A DNA stretch of 64,000 nt from assembly GCA_963666115.2 (NCBI GenBank), contig CAXXET010000007.1:1-64000 (forward strand), written 5' to 3'. Shown piece after piece: positions 20,126 through 29,123 of the stretch. This DNA is from Dehalococcoidia bacterium (GTDB taxonomy: Bacteria > Chloroflexota > Dehalococcoidia > UBA6926). The position numbers were made by a program, and so were the translations under genes. The notes beneath the pieces were generated by a model, which was not told the origin of the DNA, did not search any database, and saw nothing but the letters and a program-made list of their open reading frames with translations. Position 1 is the first letter of the stretch. Every line of letters starts with the position of its first letter.

Positions 20126-21337
20126 CTACCTTGGCAGGCCCAGCCCGCGTTGGGCGATGATGTTGGGGCCTAGCGCCAGGCCGCCGCCGCCGCCGAAGCC
20201 TGTTGTCATGGAGAGGGCATAGTTGGTGCCGTACTTGCCGTTGCCCGGCGCGCGGCTTTCGCCTTTGAGCAAGGCCCTGTATGGGCCGATGGCCTTGGCG
20301 AGCGCCGGCCAGAACGTGAACTTGGCCGTCGCCAGCGCGCGGTAGCCGGAAATCGCGCCCTCTGCCTGGGGTACCTCGCCGTTCGCCTGCATCCACGCCA
20401 CACGATAAGCCAGCATCCGATCTGCCTCCAGCGTGATTCGCGCATCGGCCAACACATGCCGGATAATGTCGTTCTTCAGCGGCGACTCCCCGCTGAACGT
20501 CACGCCGCGCATCTCCTGGAGGTAGCGGTCAAGAACACCAATCAGCCGCGCCGCGCTGTCGATGCCCGTCCGCTCGAAGTTGAGCGTCGTCATCGCCGCG
20601 TACCAGCCGCGGTTGACCTCGCCGATGATCTGGTGGCGCGGCACACGGACTTCGTCCATGAACACCTCGTTCCACCGGCGCCGCCCGAGCATGTCGTACA
20701 AAGGACGCAGCGTTATGCCGGGCATCTGGTTGCCCTCATCGTCCTTGAGCTGCATGGCCAGGTACGTGATGCCCCGATGCTTGGGCGCCTCCGGGTCCGT
20801 CCGCACCAACACGTGGTACCAGTTGGCGAAGTGGGAGCCGGACGACCATATCTTCTGGCCGGTGACGACGAAATCATCGCCGTCCTCCACGCCGCGCGTC
20901 GCCAGCGAGGCCAAGTCGGTTCCCGCGTTCGGCTCAGAGAATCCCTGCGCCCAGTTGACGGTGTTGTTTCGCATCCCGTCCAGGAACGTGTCCTTCATCC
21001 AGGGCGTGCCGTGGATCATGATCGCGCCTGCGACGTTGGCCTGCGGCTGGGACGCCGGCGCGTTGTGGTACGCCATTTCCTCGGAGTAAACCAACTGCCG
21101 TGAGATCGGCGCGTCCTGCCCGCCGTACTCCTCCGGCCATGCCATCGTCCACCAACCGCGGTCAATCAGCTTCTGTTGGAACTCCTCCGCGTGGTCGCGC
21201 GCGCCGGGATTGTCATAGTCGTACGACCACACGTTCATCGCGTAGGCGTCGTAGTCCTTGGGGTCCCATTCCCTGGAGAGAAACTCCCGCAGCTCGCCTC
21301 GAAAGGCCTCATCGGCGGGGTTCGTTGAGAAATCCAT
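20126..21337 (-). CDS. Acyl-CoA dehydrogenase family, catalytic-type subunit (Gly-rich C-terminal variant)
   Basis: GFSEPNAGTDLASL, TTLNFER, GFGGGGGLALGPNIIAQRGLGLPR. Confidence 0.9.
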   Translation of the reverse strand: MDFSTNPADEAFRGELREFLSREWDPKDYDAYAMNVWSYDYDNPGARDHAEEFQQKLIDRGWWTMAWPEEYGGQDAPISRQLVYSEEMAYHNAPASQPQANVAGAIMIHGTPWMKDTFLDGMRNNTVNWAQGFSEPNAGTDLASLATRGVEDGDDFVVTGQKIWSSGSHFANWYHVLVRTDPEAPKHRGITYLAMQLKDDEGNQMPGITLRPLYDMLGRRRWNEVFMDEVRVPRHQIIGEVNRGWYAAMTTLNFERTGIDSAARLIGVLDRYLQEMRGVTFSGESPLKNDIIRHVLADARITLEADRMLAYRVAWMQANGEVPQAEGAISGYRALATAKFTFWPALAKAIGPYRALLKGESRAPGNGKYGTNYALSMTTGFGGGGGLALGPNIIAQRGLGLPR

Positions 21338-21454
21338 CCTGCCTCCCCCTCATTGTTCGGCGATGATTCGCGGCGCCATCATCGCGGCGGCTCCGCGTCC
21401 ATGCGGGCAATGTAGCACCGCGCGGGCGCGCGGTAAAGGCGGGGAGTGGTCGGC

Positions 21455-22015
21455 TCAGCCGCTGCGGGACTCCAGCAAGTGCGTGATGATCTGCTGCACC
21501 GTGCCCCACTGTTCGGCAGATGGCGCGAATTTGCTGTGGATCGTCACGATCCAGCCGGTGAAGTCATTGATGGCCTCCCGTTCGATCTCCACGTCGCCAA
21601 GGCTCATCACCATGCGCCGCACCGCGCGGTCATTGGTCAGCGTCCGCAGCAGGCCGGTGCCGACGTCCTCCCCTGACCACGTGACGCCGGTGACCTTCCA
21701 GAACTGGGGAAAACTCCGCTTGCGAACAGTCTTGACGGTGATGGGACGATTCCGCGAGAACCGCCGCTCATCCGGGATATACAGCGCCGCCCACCACTTT
21801 GGGGCGGAATACTGGCTGCCGTCACGCTTGAAGACATTGATGGATTTGATCGGCCCTCCGTCCGGCAGATCGACCGCTCCCAGGGCGCGCGCCCACGTTG
21901 GTTTGCGCCGGTTCTCTGCTGCCGTCCCGCGCTCAACCATGTTGGCCCGGACGCCCAACCTGTTCAGCGCGTCGGCCAACTCATCCCGCGTCTTGTCCCT
22001 GAATCGTTCTCTCAT
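21455..22015 (-). CDS. Hypothetical protein
   Basis: About 186-aa ORF co-oriented with its neighbours and filling the gap; no motif recognised. Confidence 0.6.
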   Translation of the reverse strand: MRERFRDKTRDELADALNRLGVRANMVERGTAAENRRKPTWARALGAVDLPDGGPIKSINVFKRDGSQYSAPKWWAALYIPDERRFSRNRPITVKTVRKRSFPQFWKVTGVTWSGEDVGTGLLRTLTNDRAVRRMVMSLGDVEIEREAINDFTGWIVTIHSKFAPSAEQWGTVQQIITHLLESRSG

Positions 22016-22050
22016 GGCCAATTGCCAGTGTATCGCGCGCGGGCCGTCCG

Positions 22051-22440
22051 CTATGACGTTGCGCCGATGATTGTCCCCATCACGGTGAAGGCGACGATCA
22101 TGTAGCCGGCGTTGACGAGGAAGTGCGTGACGGAGCGCCGCTCAAACAGGTAGAGGATGCCGATGCCGACGGCGATGAATGCCGCGCCGACAGCCAGACC
22201 CACGCGCAGCCCCTCCATGATCGTGGCGTCCTCCCCGATGATCAACGAGAGGACATAGCTCGCGATGAGCATGAGGATGAACGCCGCGAGATACGCCTGC
22301 GGCGGCGCGCCGGGATCATCATCCGGGAAGCCGTTCTCCCGCATCCAGAACGTGCCGAAGACGCGCGGCATGAACCACAATGCGCCAAGCACGAACGATG
22401 TCACCGTCGCGGCGATGATGCCAATGATATTGATTTCCAT
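22051..22440 (-). CDS. DUF1761 family membrane protein
   Basis: FVLGALWF.P.VFG..WM, LFERRS...FLVNAGY pattern. Confidence 0.8.
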   Translation of the reverse strand: MEINIIGIIAATVTSFVLGALWFMPRVFGTFWMRENGFPDDDPGAPPQAYLAAFILMLIASYVLSLIIGEDATIMEGLRVGLAVGAAFIAVGIGILYLFERRSVTHFLVNAGYMIVAFTVMGTIIGATS

Positions 22441-22441
22441 G

Positions 22442-24367
22442 CTAATCCGTCCTGTACACGTACCTTACGTCAAAGAGACCGTACAGCGTGGCCGTCATAT
22501 TCCCAAACACATTGCGGACGGCGGAGATTCTCTCTGAGAGCGTTGTGTAGATGATCGGCACGTTCTCCGCCACGATCTCCTGCGCCCGGTGGTACAACGC
22601 CACGCGCTTTTGGCGATCCAGTTCCTTGCTGGCATTGATGTAGAGCTCATCGATTTCAGCTTCCCATTCCGTGGCAGGCTGCGATTGGTTTGGATGCCAG
22701 AGGTGCAAGCCTTCGCTGCTGTGCCAGACGTTGATTCCACCATGGGGCTCCGTCCCGCCGGTCAAGCCGATAACGACTGTTTCCCAGTCGTAGGTGGCGC
22801 TCAACTGGGTCACGAGTTCGCCAAAGTCAATTACGGTGTAGTCAACGTCCAGGCCGATGGCCTGCAGCCCCTCATGGGCGATTGAGCCGACGGTCTGACG
22901 GACGCTATTGCCCTCATTCGTTATTAGCGTGAACTCGATTGTCCTGCCATCGCCATCTTCGCGAATTCCGTCGCCGTCGGTATCGACCCACCCCAGTTCG
23001 TCGAGAATCTCATTCGCCTGGTCCAGGCTGTATTCGTACTTCCTGACGTTCGGGTTGTGGAAGTCGCCGGCTGCCGGGCTGATGGACGACCACTGCCGGT
23101 AGCCGAACCCGTGCTGCGCCTCATCGATGATTCGTTCCTTATCGATGACGTGCGCAATGGCCTGCCGGAATTGCTTGTTGCTGAACCACTCACGCTTTTG
23201 AGGCTCCAGGTACGGCTCACCCGTTTCAGGATTTTGCCCGGGGTTCATGTTGAATCCCAGGAAAGTTGTGCCGAAGGTGGGGCCGCGCCTGTAGATCGTG
23301 AAATTCAGATCGTCTTGCCGGGGTTCAAGCTGCGCGTACTCTTTGCCAAGAACGCCGTGAATGTCGGCCACGCCGGACAGGAAGTACGAGAGTTCATCTT
23401 CCAACTCGGGAACGATCACGTGCACGACTCGATCGAGGTACGGCAAGCTGCCGCCGAAGCCGTCGCTTAGCCAGTAATCAGGGTTCCGGGCCATGACGAC
23501 GCGCTCTCCCGGAATGTAGGTGTCGATGGTGAATGGGCCGGTTCCGATGATGTCGGAGGGAGGCGTCTGAATGTCCCACGTCGAGTTGAACGTGCCGTCA
23601 TCCACGTGCTTTTTCAGGATGTGCCGGGGATAGATGGCCGTGCCCATGCTGCGCAGGAACGGCGCGAACGGCTGCGGCAGGACGCAGACGATGGTGTACT
23701 CATCCACGGCCACGACGGTCATGGGAGCTTCCTTCCACGCTCCGGTCTCCTCATCCAGGTAGCGGAAGTTGAAGGCCGCGCGGGAACTCGCGGGTATGTC
23801 ATCGTTGTAGATGATGTCATTGAACGTAAACTCCACGTCGCGGGCCGTGAACGGCGCGCCATCGTGCCAGCGAACGTCGTCGCGCAGGTGGAACGTCCAC
23901 GTCATCCCGTCCTCAGATGTCTCCCATGACCTCGCCAACGATGGTTCGACGCGATCGGTCAGCCAGGATGTTTCGGTCAGGCCCTCGAAGAGGTAGGACA
24001 AGACGCCGGAGGATGAGGCGTCAGTCGCAATCGCAAGGTTGAACGTCAGCGGATCGGAAATCGTGGCAATCGTTAGCTGCCCGCCGTGTTCGCCATTCGC
24101 ATACTGAAATTGCTCCGCGTTGGCCTTGAGTTGATCGGTAACGGAAAGCTGCGGGGCCTCGCTGGGCGCCTCCGTGGGCGCCGGGATTGCGGTAGGAGCG
24201 GGCGCTGAACCGGCGGTGGGAGTCGGCGTCGGGGTCACGATGGCGACATCCGGGGCGGGCGGCGTGGCCTCCGGTGGAGGAGGCGTGGGCGTTGCGTCCT
24301 CGCCGCACGCCGCCAAGACAAGTGCCAGGGCAAGCGCCCCGACGAGCAACACAACTGCTTGTTTCAA
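22442..24367 (-). CDS. ABC transporter substrate-binding lipoprotein (peptide/nickel, family 5)
   Basis: LAAC lipobox, Pro/Thr linker, LARSW..SEDG.TWTFHLR..VRWHDG, GTGPF, RQAIAHVID. Confidence 0.92.
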   Translation of the reverse strand: MKQAVVLLVGALALALVLAACGEDATPTPPPPEATPPAPDVAIVTPTPTPTAGSAPAPTAIPAPTEAPSEAPQLSVTDQLKANAEQFQYANGEHGGQLTIATISDPLTFNLAIATDASSSGVLSYLFEGLTETSWLTDRVEPSLARSWETSEDGMTWTFHLRDDVRWHDGAPFTARDVEFTFNDIIYNDDIPASSRAAFNFRYLDEETGAWKEAPMTVVAVDEYTIVCVLPQPFAPFLRSMGTAIYPRHILKKHVDDGTFNSTWDIQTPPSDIIGTGPFTIDTYIPGERVVMARNPDYWLSDGFGGSLPYLDRVVHVIVPELEDELSYFLSGVADIHGVLGKEYAQLEPRQDDLNFTIYRRGPTFGTTFLGFNMNPGQNPETGEPYLEPQKREWFSNKQFRQAIAHVIDKERIIDEAQHGFGYRQWSSISPAAGDFHNPNVRKYEYSLDQANEILDELGWVDTDGDGIREDGDGRTIEFTLITNEGNSVRQTVGSIAHEGLQAIGLDVDYTVIDFGELVTQLSATYDWETVVIGLTGGTEPHGGINVWHSSEGLHLWHPNQSQPATEWEAEIDELYINASKELDRQKRVALYHRAQEIVAENVPIIYTTLSERISAVRNVFGNMTATLYGLFDVRYVYRTD

Positions 24368-24384
24368 CGGTCAATCTCCTGGCG

Positions 24385-25596
24385 TTAGCGCGGCAGGCCC
24401 AGCCCCCGTTGCGCGATGATGTTCGGCCCCAGCAGGATGCCGCCCCCGCCGCCGAACCCCAGCGACAGCGAGATGGCGTTGTACGCGCCGTAGTAGCCGT
24501 TGTGGGGCGCCCTGCCCTCGCCGCGATTCAGGACCCCGTAGTCGCCGATGATCTTGGCGAGCGTCGGCCAGAAGTGCAGCTTGGCCGTCACCTGGTTGCG
24601 GTAGCCGGAAATCGCGCCCTCATGCTGCGGCACGTCGCCGCGCGCCTGCATCCACGCCACGCGGTTGGCAAGCTGCCTGTCCGCCTCGATGGTGACGCGC
24701 AGATCCGCCAGCTTGTGGCGAACCATCGGATCGCCCAGGATCGGCTGCCCGTTGAAGGTCGTCTCCTTGAGCACGTCGATGAACCGCTCCAGGATGCCGA
24801 TGTGGCGAACGGGGCCCTCGGTGCCGGTGCGCTCGAAGTTCAGCGTGGTCATCGCGGCGTACCAGCCGCGATTGACCTCGCCCAGCACGTACTTCTTCGG
24901 CACGCGCACGCCGTCCATGAACACCTCGCACCACCGCCAGCGACCCATCATGTCGTACAGCGGCCGCAGCGTCAGCCCGTCCGGGCGGTTCTCATTTTCA
25001 TCCTTGAGGTTCATGAGCAGATACGTGATGCCGCGGTGCTTGGGCGCCTCCGGGTCCGTTCGCACAAGCACGTGGTACCAATCGGCCAAATGCGCGCCGG
25101 ACGACCATATCTTCTGGCCGGTGATGACGAAATCGTCGCCGTCCTCGACGGCGCGGGTCTGGAGCGAGGCAAGGTCCGTGCCGGCGTTCGGCTCAGAGAA
25201 GCCCTGCGCCCACTCGATGTCGCCGTTGGCCATGCGCGGCAGGAACTCCTGCTTGACCTCATCGGACGCGTGGAACATGAGCGCGCCGGTGATGTTGGAC
25301 TGCGGCGAGCCGTTGGGGGCATTGGCATAAGCCAGCTCTTCCTTGTAGATGAATTGCTGGCTGATAGGATAGTCACCACCGCCGAACTCCCTGGGCCAGG
25401 TCATGGTGTACCAGCCCTTGTCGACGAGCTTCTTCACGAACTCCTTGTCGTTCTCACGGGACTCCACCATATCGAAGTCCCACGAGCGGACGGACATGCT
25501 GTGGCCGTCAAAGCCCTTGTCGTCCCAATTGCTGTTGATGAAATCACGCACCTCTGCGCGAAATGCCTGATCCTTAGGGTCTTCCCGAAAATCCAT
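24385..25596 (-). CDS. Acyl-CoA dehydrogenase family, catalytic-type subunit (Gly-rich C-terminal variant)
   Basis: GFSEPNAGTDLASL, TTLNFER, GFGGGGGILLGPNIIAQRGLGLPR. Confidence 0.9.
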   Translation of the reverse strand: MDFREDPKDQAFRAEVRDFINSNWDDKGFDGHSMSVRSWDFDMVESRENDKEFVKKLVDKGWYTMTWPREFGGGDYPISQQFIYKEELAYANAPNGSPQSNITGALMFHASDEVKQEFLPRMANGDIEWAQGFSEPNAGTDLASLQTRAVEDGDDFVITGQKIWSSGAHLADWYHVLVRTDPEAPKHRGITYLLMNLKDENENRPDGLTLRPLYDMMGRWRWCEVFMDGVRVPKKYVLGEVNRGWYAAMTTLNFERTGTEGPVRHIGILERFIDVLKETTFNGQPILGDPMVRHKLADLRVTIEADRQLANRVAWMQARGDVPQHEGAISGYRNQVTAKLHFWPTLAKIIGDYGVLNRGEGRAPHNGYYGAYNAISLSLGFGGGGGILLGPNIIAQRGLGLPR

Positions 25597-25619
25597 CGTG
25601 TCTCCCCCTCTCCCGCCGG

Positions 25620-25973
25620 CTATCGCGCAGCAGCCTGCGCCGCCGGAACCTCAACCTCGATCATCTCGATATGGAGATCGTCTTCGTCAAAGGCGCGGTC
25701 TTCCTCCGTCTCACCCTCAAGCGGGTACGCTGCAAGCTCTCGAAACCACTTGAGCGCCTCATCACGCGTGAACATCTGCGGCTCTGGAATCAACCCGGTA
25801 TCTTCCAATGCCCCCTGTAGACACAAATCCATGCACTCTCTGACCATCACCCGGGCGTCCTCTAGATCATCGCCGGAGGTCGCGCATGACGGAATATCAG
25901 GCGTGAACACGGCATAGGTTCCGACCTCTTGATCATACGCAAAGAGGCACAAATATGTCTGCTTCATCACCAC
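25620..25973 (-). CDS. hicB: HicB family antitoxin (no adjacent hicA)
   Basis: YAVFTPDIPSCATSGDDLEDA...IPEP; TATAAT and GAGGT upstream. Confidence 0.75.
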   Translation of the reverse strand: MVMKQTYLCLFAYDQEVGTYAVFTPDIPSCATSGDDLEDARVMVRECMDLCLQGALEDTGLIPEPQMFTRDEALKWFRELAAYPLEGETEEDRAFDEDDLHIEMIEVEVPAAQAAAR

Positions 25974-25983
25974 CTCACTTTCA

Positions 25984-26004
25984 GCCCGGCTTGCCGCATT
26001 ATAC
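25984..26004 (-). repeat. 21-bp repeat, copy A (contains the hicB -10 box)
   Basis: GTATAATGCGGCAAGCCGGGC versus GTATAATGCGGCAGGCAGGGC at 28070-28090; 19/21 identical. Confidence 0.7.
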
Positions 26005-26100
26005 TCCTCCTAAGACCCCGCTCAGCAGTACGCGCGCTACGCCCATTCGCGCTCCATCATGCGGAGGTGCTCCCATGCACTCTACCGATCCACAAGCTAT

Positions 26101-27147
26101 CTAGTCACCGGAGGCTGTTTGAGGCCCGCCTGACAGGCACATTAGGAGACGATATTCCAGATCCCACAATTCCTCCGTGGGACCAATCGGAAGCACTGTC
26201 GTCTGTGGGCAATACAGTTCTGCGTGAGCCCTGATTTCGTCAGAACTCAGCGGACCCTCACTGTCCGCGTACAGTCTGGTTGCCTCAACTCGGAACGCCC
26301 CTGGAGTATCGCAGGGAATCAAGGCAGAGGGTTCCTCTAGCGTAAAGCAGTCACCGATTCTATACGTGTTCAAGTAATTCGTCGGAACTGTCGCGGGGTC
26401 TTCTTCCGCAACGGGTTCTTCTTCCGCAAACGACGCCTCATAAAGGAGAAAACCCGATACAAGTATGAGGATACTGAAAGGAATCACCCACACAGTGGTT
26501 CGCAGTAATTTCGCCGCTGGCCACGCTCCCAAGAGAACCAAGCCGCCCAAGAGAAGTGGCATGGCATATACGAGAAGGCCAGGAATCAGGTCATGGTTGA
26601 GAGTATCGACATACTGCAGCAACGATTGCCCACCAAGAACTCCGGCAAAGACGGAGGCGGCATAGCCCTTGTCTGAACCCTGAGCCTTGAGCCAACCCCT
26701 CAAAAAAATAACGACGGCGGACACGGCTAGTACTGCGGCAAGGATGTACCAGAGGAGGGTCCAAAGATCGACAGCGAATGGGGTCGACCGCACAATAAGC
26801 AGGAGAAACGAGATATAGAAGCAGGATTGTATCAGCCAGCGCCAAGAGTTCTCGTCTGGGAACCGTTCGCTCTCTCTACTAGAATCGAATTGAGATCCGC
26901 CTCCGCCTGACGATGATGAGCTGGAGCGAGCGTAGCGCATCCGATCATACGCTGCCCGTTGTTCCTCATCCCGCAGAACCTCGTATGCCTCGTTGAGTTC
27001 ACGCATACGCCCCGCAGCGTCGGCGCTAGGATTGCGATCAGGATGATACTCACGGGCGCGCTCACGAAAGGCGGCACGAATCTCCTCGAACGTGGCTTCC
27101 TGAGAGACGCCAAGGATTTCGTAGTAGTCCCGGTTCTGGGAGGTCAT
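26101..27147 (-). CDS. J-domain membrane protein (DnaJ domain, about 5 TM segments, Cys-containing C-terminal domain)
   Basis: DYYEILGV...YHPD...NEAYEVL..R.AYD; hydrophobic middle region; IGDCF...IPC..P septum-formation-like tail. Confidence 0.85.
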   Translation of the reverse strand: MTSQNRDYYEILGVSQEATFEEIRAAFRERAREYHPDRNPSADAAGRMRELNEAYEVLRDEEQRAAYDRMRYARSSSSSSGGGGSQFDSSRESERFPDENSWRWLIQSCFYISFLLLIVRSTPFAVDLWTLLWYILAAVLAVSAVVIFLRGWLKAQGSDKGYAASVFAGVLGGQSLLQYVDTLNHDLIPGLLVYAMPLLLGGLVLLGAWPAAKLLRTTVWVIPFSILILVSGFLLYEASFAEEEPVAEEDPATVPTNYLNTYRIGDCFTLEEPSALIPCDTPGAFRVEATRLYADSEGPLSSDEIRAHAELYCPQTTVLPIGPTEELWDLEYRLLMCLSGGPQTASGD

Positions 27148-27223
27148 GCAGTTGCTCTCTAAGGGGCTGCGGCCAGTGAAGTAGAGAGGCTACAGGATTC
27201 CACGCGAGCCAATACGAACGCGT

Positions 27224-27964
27224 TCATGTCGCTACGAAGTACAGGGTTGAACCTAGGGCGATTGAGGCTGCAACAACCACAACTGCGCTGACGATCTTCC
27301 CTGAACGGCTTAGGCCGCGTGGGCTTGCATCTGCGATTAGTTGGGCAAATACGCTCGGAGAGATGTAGGGCTCCAGTGCCTCAACTCCACTCAGCCATAT
27401 CTTGTGCACGAATCTCCTTTCGAACCTTTCTCCCATGATTATTCCGTTTAGCGCAGCATGAAAGGTTTGCTCAAATGCGCCGCGCCATGCCTTTGGTGGA
27501 GGAGGGTCTGACAAACCGAATTGTGCGGCGAGCAGTCCTGCCTCAATCCCAATTCTGCCCACCAACTTTACTGCAACCCCCAGCGACAGGGCAGTCGCCT
27601 CTCTCGGCACATCGGTCGGGGCCAACACCCAGCTAAACAGCATGGATTGCTCAAACAATTGACGAGTACCCCGGGAACGACATGCCTCGCTACTCCACGC
27701 CTCTCCGGCGAATTCCTGTGCCTTAGCCTTGACCGTAGGTAGGTCGTCGGTATCCATTGCAGCAAGTAGTGACGGGAGAAAAACGCACTCCCAGAATCCA
27801 TCTGGTGCATCGCCGCCACGAACACCGTATCCATAGGACATTTCACCTAGGACAATCTGTGCAGTTTCAAATGCAGCCCGCCAGCGCTCGCCAAGAGCGT
27901 CTGTCATGTCCGTCATTAGGCTGTCTTCTGAACTCATAGCCTTACTCACGACAGTGTCCCGCAC
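27224..27964 (-). CDS. Hypothetical tail-anchored protein; J-less paralog of the C-terminal domain of 28171..29100
   Basis: Colinear similarity by eye (IVLGE/VVVGE, W..VF, DTDD/DGDD, ALEPY, C-terminal TM). Alternative start ATG 27937. Confidence 0.7.
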   Translation of the reverse strand: MRDTVVSKAMSSEDSLMTDMTDALGERWRAAFETAQIVLGEMSYGYGVRGGDAPDGFWECVFLPSLLAAMDTDDLPTVKAKAQEFAGEAWSSEACRSRGTRQLFEQSMLFSWVLAPTDVPREATALSLGVAVKLVGRIGIEAGLLAAQFGLSDPPPPKAWRGAFEQTFHAALNGIIMGERFERRFVHKIWLSGVEALEPYISPSVFAQLIADASPRGLSRSGKIVSAVVVVAASIALGSTLYFVAT

Positions 27965-27994
27965 TTACCTTTTGAATTGTGACCAGCAATCACT

Positions 27995-28072
27995 TCACCT
28001 CGGCAACCCCAACCCCCGCTGCACAATGATATTGCGCTGAATCTCCTTTGCGCCCCCGCCGAACCTCCTGCC
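27995..28072 (-). pseudogene. Duplicated 3' end of an acyl-CoA dehydrogenase gene (25 codons + stop)
   Basis: Translates to GRRFGGGAKEIQRNIIVQRGLGLPR*; 23/25 aa and 63/78 nt identical to 29124-29201. Confidence 0.88.
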
Positions 28073-28090
28073 CTGCCTGCCGCATTATAC
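28070..28090 (-). repeat. 21-bp repeat, copy B (-10 box copy)
   Basis: Matches 25984-26004 at 19/21 positions; joins the ACAD remnant through a shared GGGC. Confidence 0.7.
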
Positions 28091-28170
28091 GCCCCCACCT
28101 CCACTTCCGAACGACTCTGCCGCCATGTCTGCCCATTGGTCGGCATTCGGATTTCAGCAGAAACGCCCTC

Positions 28171-29100
28171 TCAACAGGCTTGAGTCAAGAGAATGAGGAG
28201 TCCCACCGAGACTGCTATCGCAATGATATTGGCAACGCACCCAGTGCCAACACGTTGATCCCCCCGAGCTTGCCGTCTTTCAACATCTATGCGCCTGGCG
28301 TATGGCTCCAATGCAGCGCGACCTGCCTCTACAGCGCGACTTGCTATCGTGCCAAATACGCTTTCTCTTAGGCGGTCGCCTCTGTCAAGTATGTCTCTGT
28401 ACCGTGACAAGCCCTCAAGGCTCGCATCATGGGCCGCGGCGAAGACATCCTGCCACCCTTGCGTCCTGGGCTTTACTCGAATGCCCGTCTCACCAAGATG
28501 GCCTCCCAATGAACTCGCAAGAACACCCAGAACGGTTATGGAGATGTCGGTGGCTATGGCCATCTGAGCATTTTCGGCGCTCTCGTACAAGGCATGCCTG
28601 CGGGCCTGGCGCGCTGTCTCATTGTGAGCGCCAACCCACGCAGCTTCTCGGGCGGCTTCCTGTATGGTGCTTGTATCGTCGCCATCGAGAGCAGATTCAA
28701 GCGCTGCCTCAAAGACGGCGGCCCAGAGAGCGCCAGGGGTATCCGTGTCCCCGATTCTTGCCCTTACCCATTCATTGCTAGTCCTGGCTCCAACATCCCA
28801 CCCGAGGCGAAATGCCAGTTCACCTACGACGACAATAGCAGCAGCTCTAGCTTGCGATAGCCGCCCACCAGTCGCCGCAAAATGTCGGTGCGCCCGGTCG
28901 TATGCCGTTCTTTGCTCCTCATCCCGCAGAACTTCATACGCCTCATTGACTTCCTGCATCCGGTCAACGGCGTCCGGGCTCTTGTTGACATCCGGGTGGA
29001 ACTCACGAGCTCGCTGGCGAAACGCAGCACGGATTTCCTCGAACGTGGCGTCCTCGGAGACACCGAGAATCTCGTAATAGGTCCGGTTTCGGGAGGTCAT
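28171..29100 (-). CDS. J-domain protein with a helical domain and C-terminal membrane anchor
   Basis: TYYEILGV...FHPD...NEAYEVL; C-terminal IIAIAVSVGLLILL. Confidence 0.85.
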   Translation of the reverse strand: MTSRNRTYYEILGVSEDATFEEIRAAFRQRAREFHPDVNKSPDAVDRMQEVNEAYEVLRDEEQRTAYDRAHRHFAATGGRLSQARAAAIVVVGELAFRLGWDVGARTSNEWVRARIGDTDTPGALWAAVFEAALESALDGDDTSTIQEAAREAAWVGAHNETARQARRHALYESAENAQMAIATDISITVLGVLASSLGGHLGETGIRVKPRTQGWQDVFAAAHDASLEGLSRYRDILDRGDRLRESVFGTIASRAVEAGRAALEPYARRIDVERRQARGDQRVGTGCVANIIAIAVSVGLLILLTQAC

Positions 29101-29123
29101 CTAGCGAGGGGTGGAGGCGAAAA

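Noticed and set aside
20109-20396. N-terminal extension of the ABC substrate-binding protein
   Set aside because: Overlaps the ACAD gene in another frame; the signal peptide begins at 20108.
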